Origin: Myxococcota bacterium
GTDB taxonomy: Bacteria > Myxococcota_A > Polyangia > Polyangiales > Houyiibacteriaceae
Length of the DNA: 64,000 nt
Reading direction: 5' to 3'
NCBI GenBank assembly: GCA_039030515.1
Contig: JBCCEA010000005.1
Span: forward strand, 1-64,000
Part shown: one piece after another, positions 40,243 to 50,444 of the stretch
Position numbering within the stretch: the first letter of the stretch is position 1
Layout of the letters: each line of letters starts with the position of its first letter
Translations under genes and position numbers: made by a program
Notes under the pieces: generated by a model
Told to the model about the DNA's origin: nothing
Seen by the model: the letters and a program-made list of their open reading frames with translations, nothing else
The model's database searches: none

Positions 40243-41436
40243 TCAAAACAAGTTACTCGCTGCTAGGTTCCTCAAAAAAATCTCCCCCCGCTCCGTTCGA
40301 ACGCGTGCCGCACCCACGATGTCGCTATTGGTTGGATCGATCGTTCGATATCGAGTCAGCGGCTCAGTGAAATCAGCTCGCGCTATGAAAGGAAAATACG
40401 GATCTTGTTCCGGAGTCCTAGCGGAGATGGTCGCGATCACACTGCGAGCCATGTGCGGTATGATGCCGGAATTGGTTTCGGAGTCTCCCGGGGTTGCGGG
40501 TCCATTGAGAACCGGCGGTGCGTCCGCCGCGATTCGTTCGTCCCAAACGATATCGATCTCAAAAGAGGCCGCGAACTCGAGCACGTATCGCTCTGAATCC
40601 GCAAAGGGAGTATTTGCACCTCCAAACTCTAATTCTTGTCGAACCAAGTAGGCAGGAACCGTCCCAAGTGCGGCTTGTGCAGCTCCAGCGCCCAGACCGA
40701 GTCGCCCGACCGAGCCCGGTGGCGCCGATTGAACGGACCACTGAATGCGCTCGATTACGGAAACCTCTGCCCCGTCCGCCAAACCCCCGGGACATCCGGT
40801 TCCTATCGGCAGGGCGGGCGTGAAGGTGATCGACGCATCGGCAGGATTTACAGCGGTAATTCTGGGGAAGAACAACCAGCCTTCACGGCTTCGGATACGC
40901 AAATATCTATTTTGGGTAAATACTTCCTCGAAGGCATCGGGGTTGACCGGATCGCCTAGATTCACTAGCCCGAAACTACGACGAAAGGCCTGCCATTGTT
41001 GCTGCAAGAAGATCGTCGTACCGGCTGCATTGGTTCCGACGGCGAGGTAGCGATCATTGCTGGAAAAACTACCCGTAAGCCGAAGCACGTCAGACCGGAC
41101 GACGTTCTCATCGTCGAAGGGGAGCTGATCGTGATCTCCCGTATCGGCGTCGTACTCGATGGCCTGTATGGGCTGCAGAGGATTCAGACAGGTTCGTTCG
41201 CGTGCGGTATTGGCCGTGCCAAGAAAACCTGCGCGGGCCACGTCTCGACGCAGCTGGGCAAACGCAAGCCGCACCGACTGTTGCACTTGAGCCACCCGCT
41301 GTTGCGTGAAGAAGTGACGCGAGGAGGCCGCGCTCACGTAGTACACCGACAGGACGGTGAACGCGCCGGCGATCATGGCGACCATCAACTCGGGTAGGGT
41401 AAAGCCTTCAGTTCTGCGAGACTTTGGGCGTCTCAT
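40243..41436 (-). CDS. pilW: PilW-like minor pilin
   Basis: EG|FTLPELMVAM; QQSVRLAFAQLRRDVARAGF; C-terminal IFLRN. Confidence 0.85.
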   Translation of the reverse strand: MRRPKSRRTEGFTLPELMVAMIAGAFTVLSVYYVSAASSRHFFTQQRVAQVQQSVRLAFAQLRRDVARAGFLGTANTARERTCLNPLQPIQAIEYDADTGDHDQLPFDDENVVRSDVLRLTGSFSSNDRYLAVGTNAAGTTIFLQQQWQAFRRSFGLVNLGDPVNPDAFEEVFTQNRYLRIRSREGWLFFPRITAVNPADASITFTPALPIGTGCPGGLADGAEVSVIERIQWSVQSAPPGSVGRLGLGAGAAQAALGTVPAYLVRQELEFGGANTPFADSERYVLEFAASFEIDIVWDERIAADAPPVLNGPATPGDSETNSGIIPHMARSVIATISARTPEQDPYFPFIARADFTEPLTRYRTIDPTNSDIVGAARVRTERGEIFLRNLAASNLF

Positions 41437-42035
41437 AGAGGCCACCAGCGGACAATGGTTGAAGCGGTGACGGCACGTAACTGCCCGCCAGGCCCGACTT
41501 GGGCATCGATGGCGGCTGGGTTTCCGGACGCGCAATCGTCGTAGGTCGCGTTGGTCAATCCGGCGAGGTTTGGGTCTGTAGATTCACGGATATACCAAGT
41601 GCGGGCTTCGACTCGGGCCGCCTCGTTGTTCCATACCCAGCTGGAGCAAATCTGAACGCAGTATCTCGGGTCGTCATTTGCGGGATCGACATCGCGTCCG
41701 AACCAGTCAAAGGCGTAGGACTCTACGTCGAGACCGATGCCCGCAACCCTCGGGTCCGGGACGGTCCAGGCGCATGCAGCCGCGGTCGCATCGAGGTAGC
41801 GCGTGTTGAGAATGGCCCCGGCATTGTTGGAGTTCCAGTTCAGTGCGTCACGGTTGATGCGTTCGATCCAAGTCCGGGTGATGTTGGTTGCAGTGGCGAT
41901 GCGACGGGCTTCCATGTTCGCACGGGTGGACGTGTTTTGCAGCCCGAGGATCCCCACAACACCTGCCGTCATGATTCCGATCGCCATCATGACCTCGATA
42001 AGCGTGTAGCCTTGGGTTGACCTCGTTTGCGTCAT
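41433..42035 (-). CDS. pilV: PilV-like minor pilin
   Basis: QG|YTLIEVMMAIGI..GILGLQ; ATGA overlaps with both neighbours. Confidence 0.85.
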   Translation of the reverse strand: MTQTRSTQGYTLIEVMMAIGIMTAGVVGILGLQNTSTRANMEARRIATATNITRTWIERINRDALNWNSNNAGAILNTRYLDATAAACAWTVPDPRVAGIGLDVESYAFDWFGRDVDPANDDPRYCVQICSSWVWNNEAARVEARTWYIRESTDPNLAGLTNATYDDCASGNPAAIDAQVGPGGQLRAVTASTIVRWWPL

Positions 42036-42691
42036 CGAACTACCCGCGCATCTGCGCCTAGAGGAATCACGACCTGACGCACGACCCCAACGAGCCCCTG
42101 ATCGGTCTCCCGCTGAAACGTAAACACTGCAGCGCCGTCCAGAGTCGCGTTGTTGGAGCCCAAAAAACGGGTGCCTGCATCCGTTGTTCCTGTTCTCCAG
42201 CGCGTGATGCCGTTGGGCTCAAAACAAAATTGCACTTCGTCTCCAAGTGCCGAAACAACCACGACGCGCTCTGCTGCTGCAGCGGTGAATCGGGGTCTGA
42301 AAAAAGAGCCGATGTAGGAGTCGTCTACACAGAAAAATCGATTCGAGCAGTCAGCCGCTGCTGCGGTAAAGATGGGCTGCCACGCATCGAGGTTGGCGTT
42401 GCAGCTGTTGTTGATGCCCGCGTAAAGGCGAAACGCGGGCGTACCGTCGCCCCAGTCTTGGTTGAAACGCAGCACGTGAGCGCGGCCCAACGCCATCGCT
42501 TCGGAGCGCCCTCGCCTGGTGAGTCGCACCACGTCTTGCGCCGCCTGTGCGACCCGCCGATCCGCCAAGGCGGCGCCGACAGCGGGAGCGGTGAGCGCGG
42601 CCAGAACCCCGATGATCACCACGACCACCATCAGTTCGAGCAGGGTGTAGCCAGCAACAGGCGTACGAGACCGCTTCGTGACAGGAGGCAC
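42032..42691 (-). CDS. fimU: FimT/FimU-like minor pilin
   Basis: AG|YTLLELMVVVVIIGVLAAL..P; RRGRSEAM; start placed at GTG 42691 because the longer ORF overlaps the tRNA. Confidence 0.8.
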   Translation of the reverse strand: MPPVTKRSRTPVAGYTLLELMVVVVIIGVLAALTAPAVGAALADRRVAQAAQDVVRLTRRGRSEAMALGRAHVLRFNQDWGDGTPAFRLYAGINNSCNANLDAWQPIFTAAAADCSNRFFCVDDSYIGSFFRPRFTAAAAERVVVVSALGDEVQFCFEPNGITRWRTGTTDAGTRFLGSNNATLDGAAVFTFQRETDQGLVGVVRQVVIPLGADARVVR

Positions 42692-42703
42692 GGGGAGGTT
42701 GTT

Positions 42704-42719
42704 TGCAAAGGCCGAACCA
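42704..42719 (-). promoter_or_regulatory. Candidate sigma-54 (-24/-12) promoter of the minor pilin operon
   Basis: Minus strand TGGTTCGGCCTTTGCA has GG-N10-GC spacing; AT-rich tract upstream at 42785-42830. Confidence 0.5.
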
Positions 42720-42974
42720 GGCTGGAGTAAGGAAAAAGTGCGGTGTTGCTCAGGGTACGTTGAGTGGAATGCCTCGAAACGCTGCGAAATAGTTTCAATG
42801 TTATGAATTTTTTTCATACGTAAATGTCTGAGTCGACGCACCTCTAGCGCCACTGTCGACACCATAAGCCCGCGGCGGCGTAAACCGACAGGCATGGGTG
42901 CCGCCCACCTCGAATGGATTAACCGGGTGTTCACTTGACGAGTCACGCTCCGCATTCTAACCCGCTGCGCCAAC

Positions 42975-43061
<87 letters not shown>

Positions 43062-43085
43062 GGGTCATTTTGGTGACCCATGACG

Positions 43086-43113
43086 GCCTCGCTTCGGCGG
43101 GGCTTTTGTGGTT
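43086..43113 (+). terminator. Rho-independent terminator after tRNA-Leu
   Basis: GGCCTCGC-TTCG-GCGGGGCT followed by a T-rich tail; a second hairpin GGGTCA..TGACCC lies at 43062-43079. Confidence 0.75.
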
Positions 43114-43369
43114 TTGAAGCTCGCATGCGGATACGTTTGTGATTCAGGACCTAATCCCAGATGGCCACGAAACTGAACTCTACGAGCAAATCTGGCAGGA
43201 GAAGGAAGTAGAGGACCTTAGACATGGCGTCGCAACGGATGACGACGCCCGCGCTCGAGCTGAAGCCTTCCTAAGCTCCAGAAGACGGCTCACTCGAATC
43301 GACCGAGTGGACTGCAGCTTCCTTCGTTGGCACGATGCGTGAGTCCGGTGATACGCCAGCTGCCGACAT

Positions 43370-43696
43370 ATGAGCGAACGACCTATCCGAGAAATCCCCT
43401 TGAGGGCGATGAAGACCTGCGCTCCTATCAAGCGGGAAGATCTGCTGCATAACTTCAGTGTCCTCGTGCACGCGATGCAGCGAATCTACTCGCTCGTGAG
43501 CCCCCTGCGGTTCAGCTTGAGGTACATCAACCTGATCCATCATCGGGCGATCGCTTCTGCGCTCGGATCGGACGTGCAGTGGTCAGAGCTGGTGGCGAAA
43601 GACTTCATCCGCGTCCCCTGCGGTCTGGCAGGCCTGGAGCGTATCGCCTTTGGTGCTGAGTATTCAGGACCAAAGACTTCCCGTCGACGACCTTGA
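43370..43696 (+). pseudogene. Truncated fragment of a TIGR04255-like protein
   Basis: REDLLHNF..PLRFSLRYINLI resembles the family RxGLRYIN motif; only 108 aa. Confidence 0.45.
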
Positions 43697-43818
43697 AGAT
43701 CTCTTGAAGTACATTCAGAAGCTCGCAAGGGATGATGAACTCGCGGCAAGCCACTAGTCGATCGGAAAACTCCAGGACCACCGGTTGCCAACACCGTGTC
43801 ATGGGAGCGTCCTGAGGA

Positions 43819-43881
43819 TGTCTCATGCCGTGCCGGTGATCGACGACGACACCGTCGTGATTCTCAACACGGCATGAGACA
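43819..43881. mobile_element. 63-bp miniature element with 14-bp perfect terminal inverted repeats
   Basis: TGTCTCATGCCGTG ... CACGGCATGAGACA. Confidence 0.45.
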
Positions 43882-44172
43882 AACTTTACTTAGACGGTAA
43901 GGCAGTAGCCGGCCGTGCCTCAAGGTTCTTGTCCGAGCTATCTCTCACAGCGCGATTGACACGGAGTCTCATCGTGACTGTGATCAGGATTGGACTGGGA
44001 TTGCCCGGTCGGCGCCTCGCCTCGGTGTATGCCGGGGCGTTTCGCTATGCCAAGGTGAAGGGCATGGCTTGAATCAGATCGTTTAGGTCCTGATAGAGGC
44101 GGTTCCGAACAGACGCTCCTGCGCTTCCGAGACCGTGTCCCGGGCGACATCTCATCGCCTGCAGGCAGATCG

Positions 44173-44229
44173 ATAATGGAATAAATTTTTGCCATTGAGC
44201 TCTCTATAGGCAATAATAAATTCCATTAT
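44173..44229 (+). promoter_or_regulatory. Inverted-repeat operator candidate for hipBA autoregulation
   Basis: ATAATGGAAT (44173-44182) and ATTCCATTAT (44220-44229) in an AT-rich leader abutting the start codon. Confidence 0.5.
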
Positions 44230-44560
44230 GCTTCAGAAAACTTCAGAGCCGCATCCTGCTGTTCAGCGGATTCTCAAGAAGCTCGGAGCGAATATTCGCC
44301 TGGCACGCCTTCGTCGCGGGTTTTCAGCAGAGCTGGTCGCAGAGCGTGCGGGCATGTCTCGCCCAACCCTACGCGCAGTCGAACACGGTGAACCGAGCGT
44401 CAAGATCGGCTCATACGCGAAAGTGCTGCACACCCTTGGTCTGTATGAAGATCTCGCGCTTGTCGCACGTGACGATGCATTGGGAAGAAAGCTGCAGGAT
44501 GCCGACTTGCCTACCCGCCGAAGAGCGCGGAAGCGAACCTCCAAGGACCCGGCTCAGTGA
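44228..44560 (+). CDS. hipB: XRE-family HTH antitoxin (HipB-like)
   Basis: LGANIRLARLRR..VAERAGMSRPTLRAVEHGEPSV; GTGA overlap with hipA. Confidence 0.88.
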   Translation: MLQKTSEPHPAVQRILKKLGANIRLARLRRGFSAELVAERAGMSRPTLRAVEHGEPSVKIGSYAKVLHTLGLYEDLALVARDDALGRKLQDADLPTRRRARKRTSKDPAQ

Positions 44561-45836
44561 GTGCGCGGCGCGAGATCGATGTGGTGGCGGATTGGGATGG
44601 CCTCGCCTGTCCCACCTTCATGGGAACGCTATCGGTCACGCAGGTACGAGGAAACGAGGTATTCGCCTTCGAATACGACACACAGTGGCTTGCATCGGCT
44701 TCACGACAGCAGCTCGATCCTTCGCTCCTGCTGTACCGCGGGCCGCAATACCCCTCGGGCGGGCGCAGCAACTTCGGCGTGTTCCTCGACTCCTCTCCAG
44801 ACCGCTGGGGCAGAGTTCTGATGCGGCGCAGAGAAGCTCAGCTAGCGCGAGAGCAAGGCAGGGATGAACGCAAACTACTCGAGTCTGACTACCTCTTGGG
44901 CGTGCACGATGGTCATCGGATGGGCGCGCTGCGTTTTAGAGTGGGTACGCGTTTTTTGGACGACAACGATCGACTCGCGTCTCCACCGTGGACCTCTCTC
45001 AGAGCGCTCGAGCGAGCGAGCCTTCAATTGGAGCGGCAAGGCGCAGAGGATGATCCGGACTATGGCCGGTGGCTGCAGATGCTTATCGCTCCCGGAGGAT
45101 CTCTCGGGGGTGCCCGACCAAAGGCGAGCGTCTGCGATGAACGCGGGAGGTTGTGGATTGCCAAATTTCCCAGCCGAAATGACGAATATGATACCGGAGC
45201 TTGGGAATTCGTGATGCATGCGCTGGCTACCGCCGCTGGTCTGACGGTCCCTGAAGCAAGAATCGAGTGCTACGGCCATGTCCGGGAGGAAGGTCGCGGG
45301 CATCGAACCTTCTTGAGTCGCCGCTTTGATCGTCTAGCAACAGGCGCTCGCCTTCATTTTTCATCTGCGATGACACTACTCGAACGTCAGGATGGTCACG
45401 ACGCAAACGATGGAGCCAGCTATCTTGAACTGGCCGACCTGCTTATGCGCCTCGGATCGAATACGTCGAGGGATCTCGAGCAACTGTGGCGACGCATCGT
45501 ATTCTTTATGTGCGTCTCCAATACAGACGATCATCTCCGCAATCACGGCTTTATGCTGAAGCGCGAAGGATGGGCCCTCGCTCCCGCATACGATATGAAT
45601 CCAGATGCATTTGGAGAGGGCCTGCGGCTCAACGTCTCCGAGACGGACAATGCTCAGGATCTCGAGCTCGCGAAAGCCACGGCCTCAGGGTTTCGTATAA
45701 AAAAAAAAGGGCCGAGGCGATCGTCACCGAGGTTGTACACGCGGTGCGTGGCTGGAGGAACGTCGCGACACGTCAGGGCATTTCTCGAGCGGAGCAAGAT
45801 AGGATGAAGCGAGCCTTTCGCTTGGCGGATGTGTGA
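44557..45836 (+). pseudogene. hipA: HipA-family kinase toxin, frameshifted near the 3' end in an A10 run
   Basis: DSSPDRWG, GSLGGARPKA, IAKFP, RRFDR, SNTDDHLRNHGF, LAPAYDMNP; natural-looking C-terminal helices continue in another frame to TGA 45836 (as-read ORF stops at 45807). Confidence 0.85.
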
Positions 45837-45882
45837 CCATGCATCACTGCCGGTTCCTTGTCGGGAGGTGCACCGCCAAGGT

Positions 45883-46971
45883 ATGGCTCGTCCGAGTATG
45901 AAACGCGCGAATCCTCTGGGTGCCCTACTGCTGCGCTGCGACGCCTCAAGGCAGACGGGCCTTGGGCATCTTTCTCGCTGTCTCGCCCTTGCAGACGAAT
46001 GGAAGCTCCGGGGAGGCCACGCGCTCTTTTTGATGCGATCCCTTCAACCTGATTTCAGCGATTTGGTGCGCACGCGGGGTCACCGGGCGCGGTTTGTCGA
46101 GGATGCTTCCGCACGGGGTACACCGGCTGCGGGCGAAATGGACCCGCTACCGAAGTCGGACGCAGAAGCGGTGGTCGCCGTCGCTGATGAGATACAGGCG
46201 GAGTGCATCGTCATCGACACCTACCTCGCCGGCGATTCCTATGTGTCCTGCGCCAAGCGCGGCGCATGGCAGATCCTGGTGATCGACGATGAAAGTGGAC
46301 GCAAGCTCTGTGATGCCGACGTGGTGGTCGATGTAGCCCGTACCGTCCCGCGCACCCCGAGATGGCTTGTGGGACCGAGCAGCGCGCTGCTGCATGCGGC
46401 TTTTGGTCGTCAGAGGCAGCAAAGGACGCCGCAGGACCGCAGCGGACTGCCCCGCAAGATTCTGCTCGCACTCGGTACGGCGGGCGGTCCCGAGCTTCCG
46501 CTGCGCATCGCCCACTACGTTCGCGATCTCTTGCCGAACGCCGATGTCTTCGTGGTGGTCACTCAGACCCTTTCGCCCCTCATGGCCGAGTCGCAAAAAG
46601 GCCTGGAGTTTGGTCATTCGCTCACCCCAGACGAGATGGCGCAGCGCATGGCCTGGGCAGACCTAGCGATCGCGACTCCCAGTACGGTCGCCTGGGAGCT
46701 CGCCACCGTGGGTGTGCCGTCCATTCTCAAAATCACGGTCGACAATCAGACGCCCGTCGCCGACCGAATCGCAGAGGATACGGTTGCCCCGATCGCTGAG
46801 ACCGTCGAGGAGCTGGAGCGATCGATCAAGACCTACCTCGCTCTAGATGCTCAGGAACGACGTGCACGCAGCGATCGATTCCGGGCGCTCTGCGATGGCG
46901 GAGGATGCGTGAGGGCCGTCGACGAGCTCCTTGCACCCCGCATTCAAAGACCTGCCGGTTCGGTGCAGTAA
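45883..46971 (+). CDS. pseG: PseG/SpsG-like UDP-sugar hydrolase (GT-B fold)
   Basis: RCDAS..GLGHLSRCLALA, VIDTY, LVIDD, MAWADLAI, WELATVGVP, VDNQ, CDGGG. Confidence 0.8.
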   Translation: MARPSMKRANPLGALLLRCDASRQTGLGHLSRCLALADEWKLRGGHALFLMRSLQPDFSDLVRTRGHRARFVEDASARGTPAAGEMDPLPKSDAEAVVAVADEIQAECIVIDTYLAGDSYVSCAKRGAWQILVIDDESGRKLCDADVVVDVARTVPRTPRWLVGPSSALLHAAFGRQRQQRTPQDRSGLPRKILLALGTAGGPELPLRIAHYVRDLLPNADVFVVVTQTLSPLMAESQKGLEFGHSLTPDEMAQRMAWADLAIATPSTVAWELATVGVPSILKITVDNQTPVADRIAEDTVAPIAETVEELERSIKTYLALDAQERRARSDRFRALCDGGGCVRAVDELLAPRIQRPAGSVQ

Positions 46972-47192
46972 AGAAGACCTAGAGACCGACGGGCGCTTCA
47001 AGCCTCATCACAAGCATCCGCCGCACGCACTGCGCACTGTAGCCGACGCACTGCGCACTGTACCTGATATGGATCGTAATCCACAGTGCCTGGTACGACT
47101 TGTCTTGTTCAGTCAAACTAGAGGGCAAGCACGGTGAAGAACTAGCTTACACGCCCAAAAATTCGTACTTCATTGGTTAAGGGGCCCAAAGT

Positions 47193-48335
47193 TTGCCTGA
47201 AAAACATTCTCCAAAGAGCACACCCAGTCGGCGGAGAGGTTATCTCTCTGCAGGGGGCGTAGTTTTTGTGTCGTTGCTTTTCAAGGTAATATTAGCTCTC
47301 ATCGCATTTGGATATTACCGATTTTTCACATGGCGATTTAGAGATCTAGAACCTTTAGAGCCGATACACCCGATACACCCGATACACCCGCTGCCCAGAC
47401 AATTCCCTTGGCGCCCTCCTCATGCCCCGTCCCCCAGGTCCAATTGGTCGCTGCAGCAAGCTACCCCCCACCCAGGAGGGATTCCTCTCTGCGTAGCGAT
47501 CTGGAAAGGAGCGAACACGAGTACGTGGGGCCCTGTCATGACGGGACAGGCCAACCACTGGCTGTCTCCAAGAGACAAAGCCTGGGAGGTTCCTCAGGGA
47601 ATTCATGGTGTTGTGGTCAACCCCTTTCCGGGGTGCGAAGCGGTCTTAATTCGACCTGATGGTACTTCGCTGACGATACCCGCAGCGGGTCCTCGAACCT
47701 TTGCTAGTGCATTCGGTACCATGCCAACGAGCATCACCGCGAGGTCGACCAGGGACCGCAAAGTACGAGTCGACAGTTTTTATGCGATGCGTGCAACGGC
47801 ACCTGCGAACCCAGCTCGGTTTTTCGAACCAATGCTTCGCGCCTTGCCGGAGGGCATCAATGGCCTAAACGGGATCTTCGGTCCAGACACGCTGGCGCTT
47901 CACCCTTCTCGCCCAGATACGGAAATCGATAATCCTAGTTCTCCGCATGCAGCCGAGGAGTATCGCGACGGTCTTGTAGTGTACAGAAACGGAGGGCATC
48001 TGGCGGTGGTCAATGCGATGCTCTCCAATCTCTACGGTCCGGCAAGCTTGGTAGACGCACATGGGAGCCGCGGATTCAGCGATGACCGGGTAGGGACACT
48101 CATGAGAGATCTCGATTTGCATGGTTTTGGGGTCGGGCTTCGGCGAGACCACCGAGGAGAGATCGTGGGGCTCGAGATACACTGGAAATCCCGTGGCGTG
48201 AATTGCGTCCGCGACCCCAGGTCCGGAGCCCTTGTGAAGCCTGATAAGAGGCACGAGATCACGGCCGCACTTAGGAAGCTATACCGAGGGCCTATCACTT
48301 TCGTCGAAGACCCACCTGTTGCGTGTCCGCGCTAG
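47193..48335 (+). CDS. Membrane-anchored protein with an Ntox43-like putative nuclease C-terminus (paralogue 1, intact)
   Basis: N-terminal TM, Pro-rich linker, Cys-containing beta domain, then GIFG..LALHPSR, RNGGH, GFGV, HWKSRGVNC. Confidence 0.6.
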   Translation: MPEKHSPKSTPSRRRGYLSAGGVVFVSLLFKVILALIAFGYYRFFTWRFRDLEPLEPIHPIHPIHPLPRQFPWRPPHAPSPRSNWSLQQATPHPGGIPLCVAIWKGANTSTWGPVMTGQANHWLSPRDKAWEVPQGIHGVVVNPFPGCEAVLIRPDGTSLTIPAAGPRTFASAFGTMPTSITARSTRDRKVRVDSFYAMRATAPANPARFFEPMLRALPEGINGLNGIFGPDTLALHPSRPDTEIDNPSSPHAAEEYRDGLVVYRNGGHLAVVNAMLSNLYGPASLVDAHGSRGFSDDRVGTLMRDLDLHGFGVGLRRDHRGEIVGLEIHWKSRGVNCVRDPRSGALVKPDKRHEITAALRKLYRGPITFVEDPPVACPR

Positions 48336-48560
48336 CGGGTCGCCTAGTTCTCCCTCTACCGCGCCGACATTTACCGTACCTGGTATGGTTTGTCCTGGCC
48401 TTGTCCAGGTTCACAGGGCACGTGGCTGGAGCCATTGTCGATGCGACCTCGCACCGAAGTCGGCACCCTGCTAGACGGCGAAGATTGCAGAGCGATCTTC
48501 GAACCGAGGGCTGCACGGGGCGCTGATCTTAGGGGGCACATCAATGCATTTGGGGGATTC

Positions 48561-49325
48561 ATGATGGAACTGAGCGCCGTCATTCAAGCGCGGATGTCTT
48601 CGCGGCGTTTGCCCGGCAAGGTGATGCGTGACCTCGGCGGAACACCTGCGCTGGCTCACGTCGTCAAACGCTGCCGCGGCTTTGCGACTCAAGTCGTCGT
48701 GTGTACCAGCACCGACGCAAGCGACGACCCGATCGCAGGCTGGTGCGACCGTGAAGAAGTGCTCGTGGTCCGCGGCTCACTCGACAACGTATTTGCCAGA
48801 TTCCGCCAAACGCTACGCCACCCGCAGCTGAGGCAGACAGAGTTCTTCGCGAGGGTGACTGCAGACTGCCCACTCGTGAGCGATACCCTCGCGAACGAGG
48901 CGCTCCAAGTCGCGAGCTCAGAGCACGCCGACTACGTGGGCTTTGCTCCCGATTCCGCAGCAAGGGGGCTCGCCGTCGAAATCCTACGGACGCAAGCTTT
49001 TGAACGCATCGATATCGAATCGCTGTCTCGCTACGAACGCGAGCATGTGGCGCCGCGACTCTACAACGGCGTTGGCCACTTCAACGCGGTCTACATCAGC
49101 GCCCCGAAGGAGCTGGCGCATGCAGAGGTGCGTCTCACCCTCGACTATCCGGAGGATGCTGCGCTGCTCGATACGCTTTTATCGACCGACACCGACATGA
49201 CGGCCGAAGAAGCGGTGCGCCGGGTACTCGAAGATCCGCAGCTTTTTCGAATGAACGCCCATTGTAGGCAGCTGACCGACAATCAGCAGCGGAGCGAACC
49301 CGACAAAGAGCCCGGCGCGAACTGA
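48561..49325 (+). CDS. spsF: SpsF/PseF-like cytidylyltransferase
   Basis: VIQARMSSRRLPGKV, DDPI, RGSLDNVFARF, RVTADCPL, REHV, RLTLDYPED. Confidence 0.88.
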   Translation: MMELSAVIQARMSSRRLPGKVMRDLGGTPALAHVVKRCRGFATQVVVCTSTDASDDPIAGWCDREEVLVVRGSLDNVFARFRQTLRHPQLRQTEFFARVTADCPLVSDTLANEALQVASSEHADYVGFAPDSAARGLAVEILRTQAFERIDIESLSRYEREHVAPRLYNGVGHFNAVYISAPKELAHAEVRLTLDYPEDAALLDTLLSTDTDMTAEEAVRRVLEDPQLFRMNAHCRQLTDNQQRSEPDKEPGAN

Positions 49326-49373
49326 CTCGCTTGGCCTTGTTCCAATCCTTCGGCAGAGGAGTCGGGCAGATGC

Positions 49374-49592
49374 AATAAGACGCAATCGATACAGCAGTCT
49401 CCAATAGCTAGAGTCCTTGGAGTGGCTTAGGACGGATCGTAAAAGGCTGGTATTTTGCACGTCAGACGACAGCGCGGTGAACTTCGCCGAACCCACATGA
49501 TTGCGGTTTGGAGCTTGTTTGCCGCCATCGTTGCACTTCTGATGCGTCCCAGAGCACGCACGCTCACGCTCGTAAGCCAGGGGATCCACCGC
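49374..49592 (+). repeat. 219-bp direct repeat, copy A (upstream region and 5' end of a toxin-like paralogue)
   Basis: Matches 52315-52533 with about 9 substitutions counted by eye. Confidence 0.95.
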
Positions 49593-49739
49593 TTCCGGCA
49601 ATGCGAATTGACATCCCCCTCTGCTTTGACGTTTTCTGAACGCAGGCCATATCGACCAAGGTCTGTTTCGAGCAGCAAGCGAAGGTGTTCCGCAGGGCCG
49701 GGCTCTTTCCCATCTTATGTCAAACATCATGCTCAATGA
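49497..49739 (+). pseudogene. Truncated paralogue 3 of the toxin-like family
   Basis: Same MIAVWSLFAAIVALLMRPRAR start as 52438; a shifted frame reads DIPLCFDVF*T (cf. IPLCVAIW and DPPCAAFWT). Confidence 0.6.
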
Positions 49740-49819
49740 GTTTGATCAGTGGCTAGAGGCGAAATACTTAAGCAAGAAAGCTCGCTGAGCATGGAACTTC
49801 GGCTACAGCAAACCCGGCC

Positions 49820-50295
49820 CATCTGTCGGCCTTCATCGACCTCTACGCTAGGCGCGTTGTCGGCTATGCACTTGCGGACCGTAAGCGCACTGAGCTGTCG
49901 CTCCAAGCCTTTCAGCGCTCCCTTGCACTTTGCGGTGTCGGCGCCTCTCTTATCCTTCACAGCAACCGTGGGGATGAATGCGCAAGTCACGACTTTCGAG
50001 TCCTTCTCCAAGCGGTAGGTGCCATGCAGAGCGTAAGCGAAGCCGGCAACTGCTACGACAACGCCGTTGCAGAATCCTTCTTCGCTTCACTCGAACAAGT
50101 CTTGATCATGCGCACCCGATTCGAGACACGACAAAACGCCATGGCCAGCGTCACCTACTACATCCATAATTTCTATAACCCTATACGGCGGCATTCCCAC
50201 AATGGGCTTGTCAGACCAGAGAAGGCCTTCCTTGCATCCTTTCAACCCCTGGCTGCTTGAACATTTCTTCTCTCCACTTTTTCCGGGCAACTCCA
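49820..50295 (+). mobile_element. IS3-family remnant (3' part of transposase + right inverted repeat)
   Basis: Frame from 49820 reads IDLYARRVVG..LHSNRG..GNCYDNAVAESFF..FYN..RRHS; HSDRG Asp replaced by Asn; end TCTCCACTTTTTCCGGGCAACTCCA (50271-50295). Confidence 0.9.
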
Positions 50296-50444
50296 CCGGA
50301 AACATAAAGTTCCGAAGAAAGGGCATTTCAGCCTCTTTCAATCAGCTTTAATTTCATAATATTCCGTTTATACTGAAGACCGATCCATATGCAGTATTGT
50401 ATGAGAAGACAAGGCTCGATTGCTGAATACGGAGGAGGGCTTCC

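Noticed and set aside
43139..43342. 67-aa ORF directly after the tRNA as an integrase fragment or immunity gene
   Set aside because: No recognisable motif; cannot be supported without a search
46106..46114. attR copy of the tRNA 3' end (CTTCCGCAC)
   Set aside because: Only 9 bp and inside the pseG coding sequence; expected by chance
49749..50018. 89-aa ORF as an independent gene
   Set aside because: Alternative frame of the IS3 transposase remnant
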